A stretch of DNA of 64,000 nt from Hemiscyllium ocellatum (Eukaryota), in assembly GCF_020745735.1 (NCBI RefSeq), contig NC_083406.1, forward strand, positions 46,932,255-46,996,254. The letters are read 5' to 3'. The notes under the pieces are model-generated. The model saw only the letters and a program-made list of their open reading frames with translations, did no database searches and had not been told where the DNA came from. The position numbers and the translations under genes were made by a program. How positions within the stretch are numbered: position 1 is the first letter of the stretch; every line of letters begins with the position of its first letter. Shown piece after piece: positions 36,585 through 49,627 of the stretch.

Positions 36585-36873
36585 TTAAAGTTCACTTGAG
36601 AATGTAACTTCTAAAAAAGGTTTTGAGGTTTACCTATGAAAGAAGGGAAACTAACATGGTCATTCCAACAGATGAGAGACTTAAACAATCAAGGTATTTT
36701 TCAATGTATAATTTCAGTTACATCACACTTTTGCTATAAATTCTGTGTCTTGCAATTGTGTCCTCCACAACCACCTGAAGAAGCAGCAGTGCTCCGAAAG
36801 CTACTGCTTCCAATTAAACCTGTTGGAACATGACCTGGTGTTGTGTGATTTTTAACTTTGTGCATCTGCAAAT
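36585..36873 (+). mobile_element. Family B PLE 3' UTR fragment with hammerhead motif at 36772-36806
   Basis: Aligns with 15735-16006; CAC CTGAAGA A GCAGC agt GCTCC GAAA GCTA CTG, with an AGCT palindromic stem III. Confidence 0.85.
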
Positions 36874-36967
36874 CATGTCTGATTTGATAATTCTTAACTC
36901 CACTTTAATGCCTTATCCTCAAAACTCTTAAGTTTCTTACTGATTAAGAGTCTGTCTAACTTAGTCT

Positions 36968-37570
36968 CGAGTTGGGAGGTCATGTTGTGGCTGCACAGGA
37001 CATTGGTTACGCCACTGTTGGAATATTGCGTGCAATTCTGGCCTCCTTCCTATCGGAAAGATGTTGTGAAACTTGAAAGGGTTCAGAAAAGATTTACAAC
37101 GATGTTGCCTGGGTTGGAGAATCTGAGTTATAGGGAGAGGCTGAACAGACTGGGGCTGTTTTCTCTGGAGCGTCGGAGGCTGAGGGGTGACCTTATAGAG
37201 GTTTACAAAATTATGAGGGACATGGATAGGGTAAATAGGCAAAGTATTTTCCCTGATGTTGGGGGGTCCAGAACAGAGGGCATAGGTTTAGCGTGAGATG
37301 GGAAAGATATAAAAGAAACCTATGGGGCAACTTTTTAACATAGAGGGTTATATGTGTATGGAATGAACTGCCAGAGGAAGTATTGGAGGCTGGTACAATT
37401 GCAACATTTAAAAGGCATTTGGATGGGTATATGAATAGAAAGGGTTTGGAGGGATATGGGCCAGGTGCTGGCAGGTGGGACTAGATTGGGTTGGGATATC
37501 TGGTCGGCATGGACGGGTTTCATGAAGGGTCTGTTTCCATGCTGTACATCTCTATGACTCTATGACTCTA
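36968..37570 (+). mobile_element. HER1/CR1 3' fragment
   Basis: ORF 36982-37296 gives PLLEYCVQFW...LERVQKRFT..RRLRGDLIEVYKIM; (CTATGACT)n tail. Confidence 0.95.
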
Positions 37571-39329
37571 TATTTAATGGCATAGCTTTGACAGCCAATT
37601 CTACTAAAATGGTCCACGGATCCACTGTGTTCTGCTGTGAATGTGTGACCCCTCATTCTGAGATTGTGCTCTCCCAAGAGGGAAACAAGCTTTCTACATT
37701 TCATAAGATCTGCTCTCATTCTACTATACTCCAATGAGTACAGGCACAATCTACTGAACCACTCATCATAAGACACCCCGTCTATACCTTTTTCAGCCAA
37801 GTGAACCTTCTGTAGACTGCCTCCAAAACCAGTATTATTTTATTTCAATAATAGGATCAAAACTGCTTACAGTATTCCAGCAGTGTGACTATGTCCTGTT
37901 TCATTTTAGCAGAATTTTCCTATTCTTCGACACCATTGCCTTTCAAATAAGACCAACAATCCATTTGCCTTCCCGATTATCTGCTGAAATTGGATTCAGG
38001 TTTTCCTGATTCAGGCACAAAGACTCCAAATCTGTCTGTGCTGCAGCTCTCTTTCAGCATTTAAATAATATCCAATGCCTCCATTCTTCCTGCTAAACTG
38101 CATACCCTCATATTTTCCCACATTACATTCCAGAGGGATTTGGGGGTCCTTGTGCCTGAATTAATTTTGCATGTTCCCGTAACCTATTTATATCCCTTGT
38201 ATTCTTACTGTTTGCCTTTCTGCCTATTTTTGAGCCATTCACAAACTTGGCTACAGTACCTTCACTCCCCTCATCCAATCTATTACCATATATTGTAAAT
38301 AATTGTGCTCCAGGCACTGATCCCTGTGACCTACTATTCCAGGTTGCCATCCTGAAAATGCACCCTCTTTCTGAACATTTTGTCTTCTGTTATGTAGTCT
38401 AATCTTTATCCATGCTCAAGAGAATCCTCATCCACCTCCCAAACTATGGGCTGTAATATTATTAAGTTGCTATATGTGTGATACCTTATCAAAGCATTTT
38501 GAAAATCTTAAAATATTACAATAACTGGTTCCTCTTTATCTATGCTACTTGCTATCACCTCAAAGAATTGTTATATATTTGTTAGCCATGAGCTCCACTC
38601 AATGAAGACATTTCTAAATGCTCTGTTATTTCATATTTGATAATGAACAATAACATTTTCCCAATGACAGATATTAAGCTAACTGCCTGGTAGTTATGCA
38701 TTTTGTGTCTCCCTCCCTTTTTGAATAGGGGTGTTACATTGGCAGTTTTTCAATCTCCTGGGACTTTTCCAGAATCTAAGGATTCTTAAAATACTACTAC
38801 CAGTGCATTTATAGGAACTTCCTTTAAAATTCTGGGATGCAACCCATCAGGTCCAAGTGCCTTATTGGTTGATTTTGAGCCTCATTAATTTCCCACTTTT
38901 CTCTTGTGATATTTAATGTATTTATTTCTGTCTCTTTTGGGCCTTTTGAAGATTTAACATTGTTGGTATGCTGTAAATATAATTTGTCATGAAGACCATT
39001 GCAAAATATCTGTTCAACTCCTCTATTTCCTGAAACCATCATATTCTTTCCCAACCTCATAATCAAAGGGGCCTCACTTTGGCCTTTTATTTTCCTTTTT
39101 ATATATTTAAAGAAACTCTCACTCCCTTTTTGTATATTGCCCTAATAGTTTATTTTCTTCCTCTTTAGGTTTGATTTGCTCTATAACTTTTCCAGTCCTC
39201 TGCCTTACCATTCATCTTCACCAGTTTGAATGTTTCTTTTTTTCAATTCTGTATTTATCCACTCAATCACATTTTCGACTTTATCCAATACCCATACTCA
39301 ACTCCCACAAGAACCTTAAATTGTGGTTT

Positions 39330-39775
39330 AATGTGTGGGATTACATTATCAGAAAAGGATTGACAATGGACCTCTTGAGTAAAAAAGACTAAGACATGAC
39401 CTTATAGAGGTCTTTAAAATTCTGAAATGTGTTGACTGAGTAGATGAAGAGAGAATGTTTCTTCAAGAGCAGCAGGGCATACCAGAGGCCATCAATATAA
39501 GGTAGTTCTCAAGAATTACAGCAAGGAATTCCAAAAAAACATGTTTACCAAGAGAGTAGTGAGAATGTGGAACTCACTTCCACAGGCAGACAAATGTATG
39601 TTGATACAAATAGTACAGATGCATTTAAGGGAAGAAAAGTAAGCATATGAGGCAGAAGGGATGGAGGCTTAAGATGATAGATTTAGAGAAGAAAAGAAAG
39701 AAGGAGCTCAAGTGGAGCATAAATACTGCTTTGCGATGAATGGCTATTTCTGTGCTGGATATTCTTTGCACTGTG
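39330..39775 (+). mobile_element. Old CR1 3' fragment
   Basis: gaccttatagaggtctttaaaatt (DLIEVFKI), gtgagaatgtggaactcacttcca (VRMWNSLP). Confidence 0.7.
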
Positions 39776-42097
39776 TTTCTGTGTAAAATGATTTCCTATT
39801 TCTTAATTCTCCCCATATATTTCTACTATCTACTTACATCTCCTCTTAAATGTAAAGTGGCTTCATCACTAATCACCAAGTCTACCCTTCTCCCTTTAAC
39901 ATTTTCCGTACCTTTCTTGTTGACTCAGTATACTTAGTTTCCAGCCCTGACCATGTAGCCTGTCTCAGTGGTAAATGTTGAGCTTGAGCCTGCAATGACT
40001 TATGTTTATCTCCAACAGACCATGCATATAAAAACGCTTAGTTTGGCTGCAGACTCTAAATAGCTTTCCATTCTAATATTTTACTCAGGAAAGAAGGGAG
40101 AAACACAGGATAAAGAAACATTTTATGACAAAGCAATACCACATCTGAGGCCATAACTCTTTATGAAATTGGAAATGGGTTTCATTGCTTTAAGTGAATT
40201 TCTATTTAATGGAAGGATATTATAATTGGACTGAGGCCAGGGAGTTGATTAAAGCACCAGGTGATAGCCAAATGTTCTCTTTAACTTGAGCCCTTTAAAT
40301 CCTGAGAGTATTTAGTCATAAAGAATAGCTATTAGTCATCAACATGGGCTAAATCATTTTTGTAATCAATGTGGCCAAATGCTTGTATCTCTTTTGCTGA
40401 ATGTTATCCTCCCTGGATTTCTGGTTGTAACACCCATGAAGGACAATGTTTTAGGAGGTGATTAATGCTGCTCAATTGCAGGTCTTTATAGATGCCAATG
40501 TGCTATTACAGTGCAACAGATATTATGACTCCACATTTATTAAAATAGCTTGTGCTCATCCAGAAAAACTACAAACAAAATCAATCCTTTTTACTGAAAT
40601 CAAGCCAGTCCTTTCCCAGATGCAATTGCAATGCTTGGGGGTGTGCAAAATGATCTGCAGACTGTAGACCTGAACAGGCCTGGGAATTTTGCCTCGTTAA
40701 CTAACTTGCATTAAATTCTCATTTTGATATGGAAATCTATTGGATTGCTTTCTAGTTTTCATATTTGAGAATGTTCATTGCAGTCAGGCAGACCTTGCTG
40801 GGTCAGGTTTGATGTAGAGTAATCACATTCAAGTCCACCCCAACAATGTAGCTCAGTTTGAAGCTGAGAGCAGTCACCCCTGTTGAACTCCTGAGGCATT
40901 TCTATTTTCGCACCAGTGATCCATGAAATCCACATTCCTTTGAAACTAACTTGTGAATTTTAACACCAGGGCAAAACACTTCAGGCTTTCAATTCAAGGA
41001 GTTGCTCACGTTTCTGCACAGACTCTCAGAGCCAGTAGCAGAGAAAAAAAATCAAGCTGTCTGGACAAGATTGAAAGTTTAGTTGCAGATGTAAAAGCCA
41101 CATGCCAATCCACTCATTACTGAGTCCTAGGTCATCAGAAAAATCACAGAATGATAGAATGCAAATACTGCAAGTCAATACAGTATAGACATTCAAACTA
41201 AACTGTAACTAGTTAGTTGCTTGTCTTAGTACACATTGTGAGTACAGAATATTACCACTCTCCTACCCATATCCAAAATCTTCCATTTCCTCTCTTTAGC
41301 TCTAGCTCAATATTTTTCGTCTTTGTAATTACAGACCATGGAATATTTGCTTGTTCTCTTCCTCTTTACACTCTCTCTTTTCTTCCTCATGGTCTAGTTT
41401 TATTGTGTTTTATTGTGTTTTGTTGTCATTTTTGCTTTCAACTGATTATTATCTCAATCGCTCCTGGTTTCCACTTTCTGTCAACCTAGTGATCTTCCCA
41501 CTATCTTCGACACTTCTCAAACATCAGTCCTCCTTCATTGGGCCAGTCAGCCCTTGGACCCTTTCCTTTCCATTGCTCCATGATTATTCACATCACCTTT
41601 ATCCTTCCATTCACTCTTTACCTTTTTCAAAGTTAGGTGCCCAGAGGCCAGAAACTCTCTTGACCTCGTAATGAATTTCCTTTCACCCTTCTGCATTCCT
41701 TTTGTCTTACAGATAGATTCTTTGATTTTGTTCTGACTAAATTGGGAAGAAGGAATCAATAATCAAACTCCACAATTCCATAAGCTACCACAAATGTGTA
41801 AATAACAAATTAAACCATCAAGGCAACAAATTTGCCAGACTGATTGCTATTCTGGCCAAACGTAATTCGGACCAGGCTTCATCATTGACAGGAGAATATC
41901 TATTTTTTGTAAACAAATGTATTCTTCAGCAAATGGAAAAAAAATATTAAATTACTACTTTGTGACCTAAACTATATCCCTTTAAACACAACACACACAT
42001 ACTTCAGAAATAAGACAGATTAAAAACAGATGTTTTGACATATTATTTGTGGAAAAATATAGACAGGGATAAAGAAAAATCTGTAGATCAGAAGTCA

Positions 42098-42706
42098 AGA
42101 TAGAGTCATAGAGTTATAGAAATATACAGCAGAGAAACAGATCCAACTTGTCTGTGCTGACCAGATATCCTAAATAAATTTTGTCCCATTTGCCAGCATT
42201 TGGCCCATACCCCTCTAAACCATTTCTATTCATATACCCATCCAAATGCTTCTTAAATGTTGTAATTCTACCAACCTCTTTTACTTTCTCTGGCACCTCA
42301 TTTCATACACGTACCACTCTCTGTGTGAAAAGCTTGCCCCTTAGGTCCCTTTTAAATCTTTCCCCTCTCACCTTAAACCTATGCCCTCTAGTTCTGGTCT
42401 CTCCCACCCCAGGGAAAAGAATCTTGTCTATTTACCCTATTCATGCCTCTCATCATTTTATGCACTTCTATGAGATCATCCTTCAGCCTCCAACGCTCCA
42501 AGGAAAATAACCCTAGCCTATTCTCTCGATCGCTCAAACTCTCCAAGCCTGGCATCGTCTTTGCATATCTTTTCTGAACCCTTTAAAGTTTCACAACATT
42601 CTTCTATAGCAGGGAGACCAGAATTGCATGCAGTATTCCAAAAGTGGCCTAACCAATGTCCTATATAGGCACAACACGATCTCCCAGCTCTTATAATCAA
42701 TGCCAT
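42098..42706 (-). mobile_element. HER1/CR1 3' fragment
   Basis: Antisense (ctatgact) tail, TTFKKHLDGYMNR, cagtattccaaaagtggcct. Confidence 0.93.
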
Positions 42707-43719
42707 GAGATCATGAGGATGCAGTTATTTCTCAGTTCTTGTGATATTAACAGCATGAAGTTACCTGCAAAACCATAGTCAATATTTGATTTCATAACTA
42801 ATTGAATGGCTCTGGTCTTCTCTTATATTAAAATTTCTTCTTCTGAATCAGTAGATTTCTTTTTGTATTTCACTCACATGGAGAGATGCTGCCTGTTTGC
42901 AACCTTCTGAATATCTCTGGTTGCTGTACATACACAGATCTCTGCCAGCTGTATCAATCTGGAGGCTGTCACTAGGTAATTTTTCCTTAACTCAAAGACT
43001 CCTGCTGCCACTGTGTCTCAATTTGCATCCATGCCACCGTTCCAAAAAGTAACCCATTTGTAAATTCTTGCATTTTTTAAAATAGGTGTTAGATGAATCG
43101 AAGGTTTTTAGAGTGCTTCTTGCTACAAGGTCTAGCAGGTTTTGTCATATCTTACCAAATGACTTACCGCACCCCTATAGAATCCATCTCAACTGATTCT
43201 AACCCCACCTTACATAGAACATAGAAAAGTACAGCACAGCCCACAATGTTGTGCCAAATAACTTTGCACCATTCCTGAAGTAACTTGCCTTTGCCAGGAT
43301 ATCCTGGAATTGACTTGTAGCCTGATGCTAAGATGTTGTTGCCATTCACATTAAGGTTCTTTTGAACAAGGGGTGAGTTAAAATCACTACCTACCTGCTC
43401 TGACTTCCATTTTGAGAACTCTTGATGTTTAGCCTTTTTGGCAAGATTAGAAACTAAATTTTAGCTCGGCAAGTTATTGAGTTAATTTGATTTTTAACAA
43501 GCAAGAAACCACTCTAAGTGGCAACTCGCTGCTACCTAGCAAGGGATTCTCCTTAGTTCTCATCCAAGCTGGAATTGAACCCAGGTCCCCAGCACTGTGA
43601 AGCAGCAGTGCCACCGTGATTCTCTTGGATTTTAGCTTTCGATTTTGAATTTTATAGCCTGGGACCTGCAGGTATTTAATTCTTTTTTAAAAAATTCATT
43701 CGCAGGATCAGGGCATCAC

Positions 43720-44466
43720 GGAGGATTTGAGCTATAGGGAGAGGCTGAGGCTGTTTTAGATTAGATTACTTACAGTGTAGAAACAGGCCCTTCGGCCCAA
43801 CAAGTCCTCACCGACCCGCCGAAGCGCAACCCACCCATACATTTGCCCCTTACCTAAGACTATGGGCAATTTAGCATGGCCAATTCACCTGACCCGCACA
43901 TCTTTGGACTGTGGGAGGAAACCGGAGCACCCGGAAGAAACCCACGCAGACATGGGAAGAATGTGCAAACTCCACACAGTCGGTCGCCTGAGTCGGGAAT
44001 TGAACCCGGGTCTCAGGCGCTGTGAGGCAGCAGTGCTAACCACTGTGCCACCATGCCGCCCACGGAGCGTCGGAGGCTGAGGGCTGACCTGATAGAGGTT
44101 TACAAAATTATGAGGGGCATGGATAGGCTAAATAGACAAAGTCTTTTCCCTGGGGTCAGCTAGTCCAGAACGAGGGGGCATAGGTTTAGGGTGAGAGGAG
44201 AAAGATATAAAAGAGACCTAAGGGGCAACTTTTTCACACAGAGGGTGGTATGCGTATGGAATGAGCTGTCAGAGGAAGTGTTGGAGGCTGGTACAATTGC
44301 AAATTTAAGAGGCATCTGGATGGGTATATGAATAGGAAGGGTTTGGAGGGATTTGGGCTGGGCGCTAGCAGGTGGGACTAGATTGGGTTGGGATATCTGG
44401 TTGGCATGGACAGGTTGGACCGAAGGGTCTATTTCCATGCTGTACATCTCTATGACTCTCTATGAC
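43720..44466 (+). mobile_element. HER1/CR1 3' fragment
   Basis: Nearly identical to 37115-37560. Confidence 0.93.
43756..44061 (-). mobile_element. Young HE1 V-SINE
   Basis: Full-length, near-identical to 28836-29149. Confidence 0.96.
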
Positions 44467-45039
44467 ACTGGCTAAGCCAGCATTTATTGCCCATTTCTCA
44501 TTGCCCAGAAGAGTTAAGAGTCAACCACAGTCCGATGAGTCTGGAGTCTCATCTAGGCCAGAACAGGTAAGGATAGCAGATTCCTTCCCTAAAGGCCATT
44601 TGTGTACCATGTAATGACAGCAAAACTAGCAGGATTTTCTGACATTACAATATAAAACTGGAAGGATTTTTCAGCATCTGCACATGTGCAGTTTAATTCT
44701 AAAATGCAGAAGTTTTCCACAGGGGGTGCTGTCATTTTCTTTGCAATCAACACAATGACTGCATTGTTGCAAACCTCAACCTTTTTTACGTTCTTCACAC
44801 TGCGAAAAGGAATGAAAATGTTAAATCTTTTTCAGTTGGACTTAAATGAGTGTTTACTACCAGAAACTCAAGGTCCACTGACAGGATTACACCTCAAGTA
44901 TTGAAGTCGTGTAAATGACCTTCCGTTTTCAAAGCTACTTGTTTTGGGTGTGCCACATTGACTGTTGCGTGCCCAAGACAATCTCGAACAAAGAGTTGAC
45001 CACTGACCAATGTAACAGAGGAACCCATGGAAATATTTT

Positions 45040-45262
45040 AATGACTGTGGTTCGCCTATGGAATGAAATTCCTGAAGAAGTGGTTAATGTGGATGCAATT
45101 ACAATGGTTAAAAGACATTTGAATACAGACATGAACAGGAAAGGTTTGGAGGGCTGTGGGCCAGGAGTAGACAGGTGGGACTAGTATAGTTTGGGATTAT
45201 GTTTGGCATCGACTGGTTGGACAGAAGGGTCTGTTTCCGTGCTGTACTATTCTGTGACTCTA
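45040..45262 (+). mobile_element. HER1/CR1 3' end
   Basis: VVRLWNEIPEEVV..KRHLN..MNRKGLEG followed by a gaagggtctgtttcc tail. Confidence 0.88.
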
Positions 45263-45739
45263 TAAATACAGAAAAGGTGCAGCAAATTGCTCCCAATATT
45301 GACAGAGACCTCACGAGACTGTTACTACAAAATGATTAACATGCAACTCAGTGATTGTCCTCCAGAGTACACGCTAAGAAAGTGAAATTATCCACAGACA
45401 GGAGTTCAGTCAGTATATGTTGATTAATTTTCATCTAACTAGTTTACTCTTGCAAGTTGAAGAGGTTCCTATCTGTCTTAAATTGAATATGTTTTCCTGT
45501 GTGAAGGTCTTTGAGAATTGTGTCAAGAATTGTATCCCTCTTGACTTAAAAGCACAGGAGGGTTGCCATCAGTGTATAGTAAAAGCTGTTTGAGGCCTTT
45601 GTGACGTCTGCTCGAGAATGATTTTGATCAAGTTCTTCCAGAGTGTAGTGTTGTGTAAGTGACTCAGTGACATCATTGCACACAATGGATTTTTTTTTAG
45701 GAGATTGCTGGCTAACAAGAGAAAATCTCATACCTATAT

Positions 45740-46080
45740 GTTATGTGTAAAATGGCTGAGAAGATAGGTGTCCCACTGTTGACTTGGGGCCATTGATTGA
45801 TGCAGGGCTTCATGTACAGCATTTAGGATATTTTTCTCAACAGCTGCTTGACATAAATCATGCTTATTTTCTCAACATTGGCTCTTTGTCTCTCCTAGTT
45901 GGACCTGCAGTGTGTGTTTTGTGTGATATGGTATTTGGTATTCATTGTTGGCAATTTCTCGTCAGATATGCAAGATCTGTGAGTGCTGCGTGCTTCGTCT
46001 AGAATCTTGCTATTGCTTGTTCATTGTTGTCAAAGCAGTCCCATTGCTTGTGTTTAACAAATCCTAGGAGCCGAGATGCT
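45740..46080 (-). mobile_element. RTE LINE EN-RT linker remnant
   Basis: Minus strand: LGFVKHKQWDCFDNNEQAI (cf. KHQDWFDEND) and INGPKST..TPIFSA (cf. IYGPKSSG.APLLSA). Confidence 0.55.
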
Positions 46081-47050
46081 GTGCTTTAAGTCACATCCTT
46101 TAAGTATTTCAGTGGCAACCTTGATCTCCAGGTTATCAGAATTCCCATGTGTTTGTGTTCTAGTTCTTGGCTCTTGGCTATGTTTTTAAGGGCAGTTATA
46201 TCAAGGTTGCTATTTAAGTGCTCCTTCCACCTCCAAGTTTGTCACCGGTTTACCTCTGCAGAAATCATGATCTAGAGCTTTTTTATAACACTTAACTCTT
46301 GTCTAATGCATGACATATTTTATCTGTTCCTAATTAATGGTTGAATTAGAAACCATTCTAATTGTTTGTGTGCGAGAAATCCAAACTTCCAATTCTATTT
46401 ACCTATTTTCAAATCTCTTTCTCATAGTTTTACCTATTCATATAACCAATTAATTTAGCGCTTCTATCAGCATTGCTTACAGATTCCCAAATCACTAATA
46501 GTGTGACACCAGTCAATAATGTCACTAAAGTAAATTTAGGACTAGGGTGGCCTCTGGTGGGGAATGTTTGGAGAGTAGGGAAGCCATCTAACACATATAT
46601 TAAGTCCTAGTTAAACCACATTTAGAGTACAATATGCAGTTCTGGTTGCCACACTGTATAACCAATATCAAGGCCGTGGAGTGTGACAGTGAGATTTTCT
46701 GAGATGATGCTAAAATGTGTGGGTTCCCGTGCCTGTTCAAGAGAAACAGGTTGGATGTCTTTTCCCCTGAGAGTTAGGCTGATTGAGTGAGGTGAGGAAG
46801 GATTAGAGAAGGTTTGAATGGAGAATAATCTGTGCCTTAGGTTATATGGATCAAACCTATTTCTAAGCTGTGTTTGCTTTGTGTTTGGAAAGGATATTGG
46901 AACAGTGACAGGGTACCCTAAAGGTGTGCCACATTTAGAAAGGCCTATGTTGGCAGCAGTGTGCTGCGTACTCAAGCAGGACAAAATTCACAAGTTCCTC
47001 AGCTCTCAAGTCAGTGCAACACAAGATACCATTACTCTGACTATGAAGAG

Positions 47051-47272
47051 TATAGAGATAGTAACATGGACAGCCAGGTGGACCTCATAGAATATGAGTT
47101 CCCTGATTGGGGTGGTTAATTGGGTAGCCTGGCAGGTATAAGCAGGAATATTGGAGGTTCTATTCATTCTTGAGAGTTGGCTCTGAGGGATCTAGATCAG
47201 TCTCAAAAACTTTCCACATGTAAATAACTGGTGACTTGGTGATGAGATATTGGCCTCTGTGGAGTTATTTCA
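47051..47272 (+). mobile_element. Solo LTR (probably Gypsy/Ty3)
   Basis: Ends ...ggagttatttCA; TATA-like gtataag and polyA-like aaataa; flanks aagag/aagac (5-bp TSD with 1 mismatch); resembles a shark LTR as recalled (cagccaggtggacctcatagaatatgagttccctgattgg). Confidence 0.65.
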
Positions 47273-47999
47273 AAGACGTCTATACTTTAAGCCAAGTTAT
47301 CACCTAGTCACGTGTAGGCTGTGTTCTATTGGGCACTTTATGATTGAGGAGGAGGAAGAGATGGAGACATAAAAGCAGAAAATATTGAAAAAATCATTTC
47401 ATTTCATTACCTTGCTCTGTTGTGAGGACTTGTATTTGTTCTGATAAAAGCAGCTGTACATTGGAAACGATGACAGATCATGTTTGATTTTCATAGTAAA
47501 CTCCCAGATTCCAGTTGTCCTGCTTGTGCAGACTGTGACTAGTTTGAAAACAGATAGTCAAAAACTGCAAATGAAATTGTACTTGTTTGTATGGAGAAGG
47601 CAGATGGTGCTATAAATATGTAATGTTTGAAGTTTTTCTCAATACAATTACATACATTAATGTAAAGTTAAGCTTTTCATCTGTCACATTTTATCTGTGC
47701 AGATGTATCATAATCCTTCTGTCATCTTCATTGCTTCTGGCAGACCTACAAATGAACATGAATTTTGTAAAAGTCTATGCAATATTATGCCAATTATGTT
47801 TCAGAGATAGAAAAAGCAATTCAAGTTTTCACTCTTCAACTTTGTGAAACATTGTAACTCAAAGACAAGAAAATGAAAATCCCTGGAAATTTTGTGAGCT
47901 TTGCCTCAATATACATTTAGAAAGGAGAGACATTGAATTATACAATTTTGTCAATATAAATTGTTTTTGATTTTGTGATACTGGAATTGTTTAAGGGCA

Positions 48000-49010
48000 A
48001 ACTTGTTGCATTGAGTTGGCTTTGAGGATAATTGCTTTCCCTGGTGTTAGTGTTGGCTGGGTACTCGTGGGTGATCTGAAAGGAATTTCAATACGTTGAT
48101 ATCCCAGGGCTCTGTCTTAGCCCCAGTCGTGTTCACCTTATATTTGAATTACCTACCTCCAACATGGTCCCGGAGGTTTCCCTGTGCAGATAACATCTGA
48201 TATGGCAAACAGGGTTGGACAGTCCCCAGCTTGTTTATCTGAGTGTCATGCTTGACAGAACTCTCATGTACACACAGCGCTTCTTCAGGTCTGAAGGAAA
48301 AATTAAAATCATTATAAGCTTCTTGACAAAGTGACAATACATCGTGATGATCACAGGCTAAGGCCCTGAGCTCCAGTATGGTTTTGATCTGCTGACACTG
48401 ATCATATTGTTGTGCAACTCAATTCAATAGTGCACAATGTCACAACGATTCTTTGACCAAATCAGCTGCTGCCCATTCTTAGTCTGGAGAGTAACTCCCC
48501 ACATCATGAGACTACTTATCACCAGTAAGCAAGTGGAGGAGGTCTACTCCAAACTAAATCTCTCATTTGCCTTTTTGTCCTATATTCTTAAAGCAGCGGG
48601 TGGACAACTGCAAGGGGAGGGGGGGGGGGGGGGGGGGGGGGGGGTGGAGTTGAGAGACATGTAAGAGCAAGGCTGGGAATTTGAGTTATTGACAGATTCT
48701 TTCACAGAGAGCAACTCCCTCCTCACAAGGCTTTTGGCACACAACAATCATGTCCTCAGATTCAGCTAGTTAGGCCATTCCCACTTTGAAAAAAACACTC
48801 CGGCCTCAACCTGCCCCATAGATCATAGCATTCAGTTGGAACTCCAAGGCAGCCATTGCCATCTTGGGGCTAATAACCCCTACATTTCAGCCAGAAGTCC
48901 CAGACTACACTATTGGGTATGATACTAACTTTCAGTGGTGAGTTCACTGGACCCGTAATGTGGAAATGCTGAATAATGCCAAAATAACAGTGAGGCTACA
49001 GTGAAATACC
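48000..49010 (+). mobile_element. Ancient Vingi/Ingi-like LINE RT and C-terminal remnant
   Basis: SQGSVLAPVVFTLYLNYLPPTWSRRFPCADNI; PQLVYLSVMLDRTLMY; APVWF*SADTDHIVVQLNS; WG..NP...SQTT; motifs are collinear with internal deletions. Confidence 0.7.
48619..48644. repeat. Poly-G tract (26 nt)
   Basis: Direct observation. Confidence 0.95.
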
Positions 49011-49627
49011 ACTTGCGTGAAGCAAACACAACAGCCATGGGAAAGCAACAAAACAGGTCCCAGAAGCTTACCACGAATAGAGCATCTCTTCATTTCTTCA
49101 AAGTCTTGCTCCTGATAATGATATGTATGTGTCATGATGTGTTAGGGTTTTTTCAGGGATGTTTGACTCTAATGGTAACATTTCTGTGGTAAAGGGATAA
49201 TAACGTTGATTGGATGTGAAACTCTCTGAATGGTTGAACTCATTATAACTTATCCATGTATTGATGTTCCATACATCATCCTTTGTCATTTATTTTTCCT
49301 CAATTGTTCAAATCTTCTCCTTCCCACTCAGTCATCATGTGCCATTCCCTCAATTAAGAGAGCCATGTTAATATATTTGTCAATGTATTAAGCAGAACGA
49401 TTTCATTTTAAAATACTCCTGCAATAAAACAGCACACTCTAAGTGCAAGCTGATTATATACCCCTTAGTCTCACTTATCTGTCAGCATGAGATTTTGTCT
49501 GATTGCTCAACTGAGGTAATTCATTGAGTACCAGTTATATTGTAAGAGCTGCCTGCTTGTTTTATAGTTTTATACCTACTTTTTTTTAAGATCCCCTGCC
49601 CCTTTGAAAATAATGGGGAAATGTTAG

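Larger units (their letters stand above)
36510..39260 (-). mobile_element. Old CR1 (RT to 3' end) carrying nested PLE and HER1 insertions
   Basis: Antisense tail at 36510-36583; SQGSVPGAQLFTIY.N.LDEG..VAKF (ORF 38123-38350). Confidence 0.75.
43690..44625 (-). mobile_element. SINE 3' part (43690-43719 and 44467-44625) split by HER1, itself split by HE1
   Basis: aaaaattcattc..gggcatcac | tggctaagccagcatttattgccc...gtcaaccaca...tctggagtc..at.taggccaga.caggtaaggat.gcag.ttccttccctaaagg. Confidence 0.75.

Noticed and set aside
48155-48300. Apparent minus-strand exon with a good acceptor (tttttccttcag) and donor (gag|gtaggt)
   Set aside because: The plus strand explains it as Vingi-like RT; the peptide has no recognisable homology and no partner exons.
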